Shown here one piece after another: positions 7,147 through 14,605 of a DNA stretch of 64,000 nucleotides (its first letter is position 1; each line of letters begins with the position of its first letter). A program made the translations under genes and the position numbers. This stretch comes from Chloroflexota bacterium (lineage in GTDB: Bacteria; Chloroflexota; Dehalococcoidia; UBA2979), in assembly GCA_016875635.1 (NCBI GenBank), contig VGPD01000002.1, positions 13,090 to 77,089 of the forward strand. Direction: 5' to 3'. Below the pieces are notes generated by a model. The model had not been told where the DNA came from, did no database searches, and was given only the letters and a program-made list of their open reading frames with translations.

Positions 7147-10100
7147 ATGAATGACCAGGCTCGGCTGCCTCGACGGTCGTTTCTGAAGCGCGCGGCGGCG
7201 ATCGGCGCTGGGGTCGCCCTTGCGGACGCACTGGCGTTCGAGCCGTGGCATCTGGAGGCGAGCGATCCGGTCACGGTGACGGAGCCGCTGAAGATCTACC
7301 CGGACCGGAAGTGGGAGAGCGTCTACCGCGACCTCTGGAAGCCCGACAGTTCGTACGTCTTCACCTGCGCCCCGAATGACACGCACGACTGTCTCCTGAG
7401 CGCCCAGGTGAAGAACGGCGTGGTCGTGCGCATTGCCCCGACCTACGGGTACGGGAAGGCGAAGGACCGGAACGGCAACGGCGCCTCCCACCGGTGGGAT
7501 CCGCGCGCCTGCCAGAAGGGCCTCGCGCTGGCGCGGAAGTTCTACGGCGACCGGCGGGTGAAGGGGCCGATGATCCGCAAGGGCTTCAAGGAGTGGGCGG
7601 ACGCGGGCTTCCCGCGCGAGGCCGACACTGGCAAACCGAAGATGGACACCTCGAAGCGCGGCGAGGACTCGTGGCTCAAGTTGCCCTGGGATGAGGCGTA
7701 CGCGTACGCGGCGAAGGCCTACCAGAACATCGCCACCACGTACTCAGGCGACAAGGGGGCACAGTTCCTGCAGAAGCAGGGCTACGACCCCGACATGATC
7801 AGCGCGATGTCCGGCGCCGGGACGCGCGCCCTGAAGATCCGCGGCGGCATGCCGTTGCTGGGGATCGGGCGCATCTTCGGCTTCTACCGCCACGCGAATA
7901 CGCTGGCGCTGCTGGACGACAGCATCCGGAAGGTGGGCAAGGACGCGGCGCTGGGCGCACGCGGGTGGGACAACTACTCGTGGCACACCGACCTGCCGCC
8001 GGGCCACCCGATGGTCACCGGCCACCAGACATTCGAGTTCGACCTGTTCGCGCCGGAGTATGCCGACCTGGTGGTCATGTTCGGCATGAACTGGATCTCG
8101 ACGAAGATGCCGGACGGGCACTGGTTGGCCGAGGCCCGGATGAAGGGCACGCGCCTGATCACGGTGACCACGGACTACCAGTCCACCTCCAACCGGGCGG
8201 ACGAGGTCATCATGATCCGCCCCGGCACGGACGCGGCGCTCGCGCTCTCCTGCTCCCAGTACATCATCGCGAACCGGTTGTACGACGAGGCTGCGGTCAA
8301 GCGGACGACGGACCTGCCGTTGCTGATCCGCATGGACACGAAGAAGTTGCTCTCCGCGTCGGACCTGGTGTCCGGGTATCAAGCGGCGACACTCACGAAC
8401 TACGTGACGATGCTGCCGACTGGCCAGTCGATGCCGACGCCGACGCAGCAAGCGACGATGTACCTGACGCCCGAGCAGCGCGCAGAGTGGGGTGACTTCG
8501 TCGTCTGGGACGCCCGCACCAGCCGTGCCGTGCCTGTGACACGCGACCAGGTGGGCGACAAGTTCACGACCGACCCGGCGCTTGAGGGCGAATTCGAGGT
8601 GACGCTGGCCAACGGCCAGAAGGTCAAGGCACGCACCGTCTTCTCACTGGTCAGGCAGTACCTGGACGACAACTTCACGCCGGCCGTGGCCTCCGAGGTC
8701 ACCTGGGCGCCGCAGGCCGCGATCGAGGGGCTGGCGAAGCAGATTGCGAAGGCGAAGCAGAAGACCCTGCTGCCGCACGGGATGGGGCCCAACCACTTCT
8801 TCAACGCCCACCTGAAGGACCGCGCGATCTTCCTGCTCGCGGCATTGACCGACAACATCGGCCACATCGGTGGAAATGTCGGTTCGTACGCAGGGAACTA
8901 CCGCGGCTCGGTGTTCAACGGGATCCCCCAGTTCATCCAGGAGAACCCGTTCGATCTGGAGCTCGACCCCACGAAGCCGGCCCGGCAGAAGGGCTACTAC
9001 AAGAGCGAGTCCGCCCACTACTACAACTACGGCGACCGACCACTGCGGGTCGGGAACAAGAACTTCACGGGCAAGTCGCACATGCCGTCGCCCACGAAGT
9101 TGATCCACGTCGGCAACTCCAACTCGCTGCTGGGGAACGCGAAGTGGCACCACGATGTCGTCCACAACACGCTGCCGAGGATCGAAGCGATCTTCGTGAA
9201 CGAGTGGTGGTGGACGGCCTCCTGTGAGTACGCGGACATCGTGTTCGGGGTGGACTCGTGGGCGGAGCACAAGTTCGTGGACGCGTCCGCGTCCTGCACC
9301 AACCCGTTCCTGCACATCTACCCGCGCTCGCCCCTGAAGCGGATCTTCGACACGCGCTCCGACTACGAGGTGCTGGCGGGGGTAGGGAAGGCGCTGGGCG
9401 CGCTCACCAATGACCAGCGCTTTGTGGACGCGTGGAAGTTCATCCACGAAGGGAAGTCGGAGGTCTACCTCCAGCGCATCTTCAACGCCTCCACGACCGC
9501 CCGCGGCTACGACGTCCTCGACCTGGAGGCGAAGGCCCAGCAGGGGATCCCGGCGCTGATGAATTTCCGCACCTACCCCCGTCAGGGTGGCTGGGAACAG
9601 CGGAACGAGAGCAAGCCGCAATACACGAAGACGGGCCGGCTGGAGTTTTACCGGGACGAGGCGGAATTCATCGAGCACGGGGAGAACCTGCCGGTGTTCC
9701 GCGAGCCGATCGACTCCACGTTCCACGAACCGAACGTGATCCACGGGAAGCCACACCCGATGCTCGCGCCGAGCGGGCCGGAGGTGTACGGGCTGAAAGT
9801 GGACGACCTCTCCGCGGAGGCGCGCCAGGTGCGCAACGTGGTGAAGTCGTGGTCGGAGTTGAAGGTCACGAAGCACCCGCTGACCAACAAGGATCCGAAC
9901 TTCAAGTTCATCTTCATCACGCCGAAGTACCGACACGGCGCGCACACGACGCCGGTCGACCTCGACTGGATCTCGATGCTGTTCGGCCCGTACGGGGACA
10001 TCCGGCGGCAGGACAAGCGCGCCCCGTGGGTGGGTGAGGGGTACATCGAGATCCACCCGAAGGACGCGAAGGCATTCGGCATCGAGGACGGTGACTACGT

Positions 10101-10620
10101 CTGGTTCGACGCCGACCCGGAGGACCGCCCGTACCGCGGGTGGAAAAAGGACGACCCGTACTACAAGGTGGCCCGCGGCATGGCACGGGCCCGGTACCAG
10201 GCCTCGTTGCAGCCCGGCGTCACGCGCATGTGGTTCCACATGTACGTCGCGACGAAGGGCTCGGTGAAGGGGCAGGCGACACGTCCCGACGGGCTGGCGA
10301 AGAGCCCCGAGACGAACTACCAGGCGATGTTCCGCTCCGGCAGCCACCAGAGCGGTACGCGCGCCTGGCTCGGGCCCACGCTGCAAACCGAGACCATGGC
10401 CCGCAAGCCGTACTTCGGGCAGTTGATGGGGAAGGGGTTCGAGGGGGACGTCCACTCGGTGGTCGGTGCTCCCAAGGAGTCCTTCATCAAGATCGAGCGT
10501 GCCGAAGAGGGCGCGGTGGGCGGCAAGGGCCTGTGGCTCCCCGCGAAGGAAGGACTGCGTCCGACCTACGAGTCCGACGCGATGAAGAAGTACCTGAGCG
10601 GCGCGTTCTTCAGCGCGTAG
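7147..10620 (+). CDS. Tat-exported molybdopterin oxidoreductase alpha subunit, NarG-like (type II DMSO reductase family; NxrA/pNarG-like), unknown substrate
   Basis: Twin-arginine motif [14 protein letters not shown]. The N-terminus aligns residue by residue with E. coli NarG FS0 (NarG THGVNCTGSCSWKIYVKNG versus here [19 protein letters not shown]), then RAC.KG and PMIRKG as in NarG. Start is preferred at ATG 7147 (GGAG 8 nt upstream) rather than the track start 7093. 1157 aa. Confidence 0.85.
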   Translation: MNDQARLPRRSFLKRAAAIGAGVALADALAFEPWHLEASDPVTVTEPLKIYPDRKWESVYRDLWKPDSSYVFTCAPNDTHDCLLSAQVKNGVVVRIAPTYGYGKAKDRNGNGASHRWDPRACQKGLALARKFYGDRRVKGPMIRKGFKEWADAGFPREADTGKPKMDTSKRGEDSWLKLPWDEAYAYAAKAYQNIATTYSGDKGAQFLQKQGYDPDMISAMSGAGTRALKIRGGMPLLGIGRIFGFYRHANTLALLDDSIRKVGKDAALGARGWDNYSWHTDLPPGHPMVTGHQTFEFDLFAPEYADLVVMFGMNWISTKMPDGHWLAEARMKGTRLITVTTDYQSTSNRADEVIMIRPGTDAALALSCSQYIIANRLYDEAAVKRTTDLPLLIRMDTKKLLSASDLVSGYQAATLTNYVTMLPTGQSMPTPTQQATMYLTPEQRAEWGDFVVWDARTSRAVPVTRDQVGDKFTTDPALEGEFEVTLANGQKVKARTVFSLVRQYLDDNFTPAVASEVTWAPQAAIEGLAKQIAKAKQKTLLPHGMGPNHFFNAHLKDRAIFLLAALTDNIGHIGGNVGSYAGNYRGSVFNGIPQFIQENPFDLELDPTKPARQKGYYKSESAHYYNYGDRPLRVGNKNFTGKSHMPSPTKLIHVGNSNSLLGNAKWHHDVVHNTLPRIEAIFVNEWWWTASCEYADIVFGVDSWAEHKFVDASASCTNPFLHIYPRSPLKRIFDTRSDYEVLAGVGKALGALTNDQRFVDAWKFIHEGKSEVYLQRIFNASTTARGYDVLDLEAKAQQGIPALMNFRTYPRQGGWEQRNESKPQYTKTGRLEFYRDEAEFIEHGENLPVFREPIDSTFHEPNVIHGKPHPMLAPSGPEVYGLKVDDLSAEARQVRNVVKSWSELKVTKHPLTNKDPNFKFIFITPKYRHGAHTTPVDLDWISMLFGPYGDIRRQDKRAPWVGEGYIEIHPKDAKAFGIEDGDYVWFDADPEDRPYRGWKKDDPYYKVARGMARARYQASLQPGVTRMWFHMYVATKGSVKGQATRPDGLAKSPETNYQAMFRSGSHQSGTRAWLGPTLQTETMARKPYFGQLMGKGFEGDVHSVVGAPKESFIKIERAEEGAVGGKGLWLPAKEGLRPTYESDAMKKYLSGAFFSA

Positions 10621-10659
10621 CCCTACGCCCCCGCGGGGGCACTGGAAGGGAACGGCCCG

Positions 10660-11790
10660 ATGCCTGACGTCTTCAACTGGCAGCTCGACCGTCCGATGAA
10701 GTACCAGTACGAGGAGGCGCGACCCCAGAAGCAGATCGCGTGGATCTTCGACACGAACAAGTGCATCGCGTGCCAGACCTGCACCATTGCGTGCAAATCC
10801 ACCTGGACCTCCGGCAGCGGCCAGGAGTACATGCTCTGGAACAACGTGGAGACGAAGCCGTTTGGCTTCTTCCCCACAGGCTGGGACGTGAAGCTCCTGG
10901 AGATCATGGGCCCGGACGCCTGGAAGGACGGGAAGTTCGCCGGCCAGACCGTCTTCGAGTCCGCGCCAGCCGCGGAGCGGGTGAAGGGCCACCTGTTCGA
11001 CGCCGACCACTGGTCCCACCCGAACCTGGGTGAGGACGAGCCGGCAGGCGAGGCGGCACGCGGGACACACATCGACAAGCTGCCGCACGACATGTGGTTC
11101 TCCTACCTCGCGCGGATCTGCAACCACTGCACCTATCCCGCCTGTCTTGCGGCCTGTCCGCGGCAGGCGATCTACAAGCGGCCGGAGGACGGCATCGTCC
11201 TCGTCGACCAGGAGCGCTGTCGCGGCTATCAGGAGTGCGCGAGCGCCTGCCCGTACAAGAAGACGATGTACAACGAGGACACGCGGGTCACGGAGAAGTG
11301 CATCGCCTGCTACCCGAAGATCGAGCAGGGGCTGCAGCCGCAGTGCGTCACCTCCTGTATCGGGAGGATCCGCCTCGCGGGTTTCATCAGCCCTCCGGGC
11401 AAGATCGACCCGAAGAACCCGATCGACTATCTGGTGAAGGTGAAGAAGGTCGCGCTGCCGCTGTACCCGCAGTCCGGCACCGAGCCGAACGTCTACTACA
11501 TCCCGCCGGTCCACTCGAAGCGCGAGTACCTCCGCCAGATGTTCGGCCCGGGCGTGGATGTCGCCGTCGACACCTACCTGAAGACCAAGGAAGACCCGCA
11601 GATGCTGGGCCTGTTCATGCTCTTCGGGTCGACCGAACGGATCATCCGGCAGTTCGAAGTGAAGGGCAGCATGGCGATCGGATACGACGAGACGGGGAAG
11701 GAGCTGGTGAGCGTCCCCGTCACGGAACCCAGCGTGGTGCGTGAATACTTCGACCGGGTGAACCAGACGTACGTCCACAACATCACCTAG
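10660..11790 (+). CDS. iron-sulfur beta subunit, NarH/NxrB/EbdB-like (four Cys clusters)
   Basis: QIAWIFDTNKCIACQTCTIACK, CNHCTYPACLAACP, CRGYQECASACP and CIACYPK...CVTSCIGRIR. 376 aa, shorter than NarH. Confidence 0.85.
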   Translation: MPDVFNWQLDRPMKYQYEEARPQKQIAWIFDTNKCIACQTCTIACKSTWTSGSGQEYMLWNNVETKPFGFFPTGWDVKLLEIMGPDAWKDGKFAGQTVFESAPAAERVKGHLFDADHWSHPNLGEDEPAGEAARGTHIDKLPHDMWFSYLARICNHCTYPACLAACPRQAIYKRPEDGIVLVDQERCRGYQECASACPYKKTMYNEDTRVTEKCIACYPKIEQGLQPQCVTSCIGRIRLAGFISPPGKIDPKNPIDYLVKVKKVALPLYPQSGTEPNVYYIPPVHSKREYLRQMFGPGVDVAVDTYLKTKEDPQMLGLFMLFGSTERIIRQFEVKGSMAIGYDETGKELVSVPVTEPSVVREYFDRVNQTYVHNIT

Positions 11791-11834
11791 CGCATCGGCA
11801 GTGATCGCGGACTCGACAGAGCGGAGTCGGAACC

Positions 11835-12779
11835 ATGGCAACAGATTCAGATGGGCCGGCTGGCACGCAGCAGAGTGAGACAACGGCAGAGGTCGGCCGG
11901 CGACAGTTCCTCAAGCGCGCCGGCGCCGCGGCCGCTGCGGGGACAGTCGGCGCCGGCGTCATCGGCTATGCGGCGACGAACAAGCGAGGCGCGGCGAAGT
12001 CCCTCGTCTGCGGCTACCGCGCTGGCGACCTGCCGGTTGTTGATCCGGCAAGCGCGGTCTGGACGCGGCGGTCCGCGTTCAAAGTGACCATGCTGGTCCA
12101 GAACATCGCGACGCCGCATGCTCCGGCGCTGGTCGTGCCGACCCTGAAAGTGCGGGCGCTTCACAACGGCACGCAGATCGCCTTTCACCTCGAGTGGGCG
12201 GACAACTCGAAAGACGAATTGAGCGGCCTCGCACGGTTCAACGACGCGGTCGCAGTGCAACTGGCGGCAGATTTCGCGAAGGAGGCGGCGACCGGGGTGA
12301 CCATGGGGGCGGTGGACAACCCCGTGCATATCCTGCAGTGGAAGGCCTCCTGGCAGTCGGACCTGGACAGCGGTCAGAAAACCTCGAAGGACATCTGGCC
12401 GAACATCTACAACGACGTGCGTCCGGAGCAACTGATGCCGGTCGACCAGGCGAAGAGCTGGTACCCCGGCTGGGCGGTCGGAAACCCGCTCTCACAGCGG
12501 GACAAGAAGTCTCCGGTGGAAGAGATGGTCGCCGTCGGGTTTGGGACGCTCACGACACACAAAGAGCAGGAGGCTGTGGGGAAGGGCATCCACGATCGCA
12601 ACCGCTGGCGCGTCGTGATCGCAATGCCGATGAAGGGGAACGGCGCCAACAAGGCGCAGGTGACGCCTGGGCAGACCCGCCAGATCGCCTTCGCCGTCTG
12701 GGACGGCGGTGAGGATCAACGCGGCTCTCGCAAGCAGTACGCCCTCTGGGTGCCGATGGAAGTGGAGGCCGTCGCATGA
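11835..12779 (+). CDS. putative heme-b gamma subunit (EbdC/DdhC/NxrC-like, EB_dh family) with its own Tat signal
   Basis: RRQFLKRAGAAAAAGTVGAGVIGYAA twin-arginine signal. Its size and position after the beta gene match gamma subunits of type II enzymes. No CxxCH motif. Confidence 0.5.
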   Translation: MATDSDGPAGTQQSETTAEVGRRQFLKRAGAAAAAGTVGAGVIGYAATNKRGAAKSLVCGYRAGDLPVVDPASAVWTRRSAFKVTMLVQNIATPHAPALVVPTLKVRALHNGTQIAFHLEWADNSKDELSGLARFNDAVAVQLAADFAKEAATGVTMGAVDNPVHILQWKASWQSDLDSGQKTSKDIWPNIYNDVRPEQLMPVDQAKSWYPGWAVGNPLSQRDKKSPVEEMVAVGFGTLTTHKEQEAVGKGIHDRNRWRVVIAMPMKGNGANKAQVTPGQTRQIAFAVWDGGEDQRGSRKQYALWVPMEVEAVA

Positions 12780-13552
12780 CCACCGCAACGCAGTCGCTTC
12801 CCCTGCAGGCCGCCATCTTCCGCTCTGCGCTGTACGAGACGCTCGCGCTCAGTTTCGCCTACCCCACACCTCATCTCGGTGAGCGGCTCGAAGACGCCAT
12901 CGCCGACCTGCTTGAATTGCCTGAGGTCGCCGAGGCTGGTTACGCCGACGACCTGATGCGCATGCGCGACGCGTTGGCCGCGTCTTCGACGGACGTGCTC
13001 GCCATGGAGCACAACCATCTGTTCGAGCATTCGACGTTCTGTTCACCGTATGAGACCGAGTACGAGCCGGACCCGTTCGCGAAGGCGCGCCAGCTGGCGG
13101 ACATCGCCGGCTTCTACACCGCCTTCGGGATGTCCGTGTCCACGATGCGGCCCACGTTGCAGGACTTCCTTGGCACGGAGCTCGAGTTCATGTCGTTCCT
13201 GGCGCGGAAAGAGGCGTACGCCGCGGCGCGCAATTGGAGGCATCGCCGGCAGGTGACGGTGGACGCCGAACGTGCGTTCCTGCACGACCACCTCGGGCGG
13301 TGGGAGAAGGCGGTCTGCAAGGACGTCACGGACCACACGGCGATGGAAGCCGGCATGAACAGCGCGGCCCCGTTCTTTGGCGCCGTCGCCTCGCTGTGCG
13401 TCCGGTTCGTGGAGGACGAGCTCCGCCGCTTTGGCACGAAGCCGCTGCGTCTCACTCAGCGGATGGTCGGCAACGAAGAACCTGTCGCCTGTCCGTTCGC
13501 GAGCGCCGCCGCCGAGGACGAGCTCGAACCGCTTGACCCGGTCGAGGATTAG
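12776..13552 (+). CDS. TorD/NarJ-family redox-enzyme maturation chaperone (delta subunit)
   Basis: ATGA overlap with the gamma gene. Acidic all-alpha protein with EHNHLFE, GFYTAFG and FLARKEAY motifs typical of NarJ/TorD/EbdD-like chaperones. Confidence 0.65.
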   Translation: MTTATQSLPLQAAIFRSALYETLALSFAYPTPHLGERLEDAIADLLELPEVAEAGYADDLMRMRDALAASSTDVLAMEHNHLFEHSTFCSPYETEYEPDPFAKARQLADIAGFYTAFGMSVSTMRPTLQDFLGTELEFMSFLARKEAYAAARNWRHRRQVTVDAERAFLHDHLGRWEKAVCKDVTDHTAMEAGMNSAAPFFGAVASLCVRFVEDELRRFGTKPLRLTQRMVGNEEPVACPFASAAAEDELEPLDPVED

Positions 13553-13569
13553 AGGTCTCCGAGGAGGAT

Positions 13570-14211
13570 GTGATGGTCACCGTGCAACGTACGGCCGGCC
13601 CGGCCGCCGCTCCTTCGACCACGCAGAGTGATGCGGAGTGGCTGACGGGTGTCTATGCGCGCTCTGCACAACGGCATGAACGCCTCTGTCCTCGGCAGGT
13701 CCTCGGTGTGCGCATGGGACTCGCGGCCGCGGAGGCGCTCGGCGTCGATCCGCGTGCGTCCGGGAAGGCACTCTACATCTTCGCAGAGACGGACGGCTGT
13801 TTCGCGGACGGTGTGGAGGCGGCCACCGGCTGTTCCATGGGGCACCGGAACATGCGACTGATGGACTACGGCCGAGTCGCGATCGTCGCGGTGCACATCG
13901 AGTCGGGTGCCGCGGTCCGCATATCCCCTGCGCCTGGCGTGCGTGAGGCTGCGTCGGCGTACGCGCCGGACGAGTCTCGGCGGTACTACCAGCAGCTGGA
14001 GGGTTACCAGGCGATGCCGGATGCGGATCTCCTCCGCATCCGCCCGGTGAGCCTGCGCGTCGACCTCGCCGCGTTGCTCGGTCGGAAGGGCTTGCGGGTC
14101 GACTGCGACCGCTGCGGGGAGGAGGTCCTCAATGGCCGCCAGCACCTCGAATCTGGCCGCCCGGTCTGCCAGGGATGCACAGGCGGGGCGTTCTACTCCG
14201 CGATGAGCTGA
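13570..14211 (+). CDS. FmdE-family protein with C-terminal zinc ribbon
   Basis: QVLGVRMGLAAAEALG...ETDGCFADGVEAATGCSMGHRNMRLMDYGRVAIVAV matches the FmdE domain. A C-terminal CDRCGEEV...CQGC is present. A GAGGAGG RBS precedes the gene. Confidence 0.6.
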   Translation: MMVTVQRTAGPAAAPSTTQSDAEWLTGVYARSAQRHERLCPRQVLGVRMGLAAAEALGVDPRASGKALYIFAETDGCFADGVEAATGCSMGHRNMRLMDYGRVAIVAVHIESGAAVRISPAPGVREAASAYAPDESRRYYQQLEGYQAMPDADLLRIRPVSLRVDLAALLGRKGLRVDCDRCGEEVLNGRQHLESGRPVCQGCTGGAFYSAMS

Positions 14212-14605
14212 AGCGTCCGTTCGAACTGAGCCCTTGTCTTTGCCTGTGAGTCGGGGATGAACGACCGGTCATGATTCCCATCCGGAACGCCGGTGGGGCC
14301 ATCGTCTGGACGATCTCGGGCCGGCTGACAGGTGGGAACCACCAAGGCGCGCCGGCAAGTAATTCTTTTGCACTGGGCCTTTACAGAGAGGTTCCGGCAC
14401 CCTCCGGGGCCTTTCTGTACGCATGTGCCATGGCGTGCCTAGCGGGAAGGTGGGGTAGGCCCGAGGTCGCGTTCCGGGGCGGGCGCTGCTAGGATGGGGG
14501 CAACACACGCCGAGGGCGCCGCATGGCGCCGGCCTCCCGCAACCGGGACAGACCACACCGCGCAGCGCGAAGACGCGCGCGGGACCTCCAATCCGAAGGA
14601 ACCAT

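Noticed and set aside
7093-10620. Calling the alpha subunit a nitrite oxidoreductase (nxrA) outright
   Set aside because: Only size, the Tat signal and the FS0 variant point that way. The beta subunit (376 aa) is shorter than known periplasmic NxrB. Substrate cannot be assigned without phylogeny, so it is kept as a hypothesis.
8644-11883. 1079-aa ORF on the minus strand spanning the alpha/beta subunit genes
   Set aside because: It is antisense to two strongly supported genes. The protein is low-complexity and Arg/Pro/Val-rich with no motifs, the typical long spurious ORF of a ~70% GC genome. The same reasoning applies to 4255..5316, 34557..36248, 35804..37066, 15938..17038, 19536..20438 and other antisense ORFs in the track.
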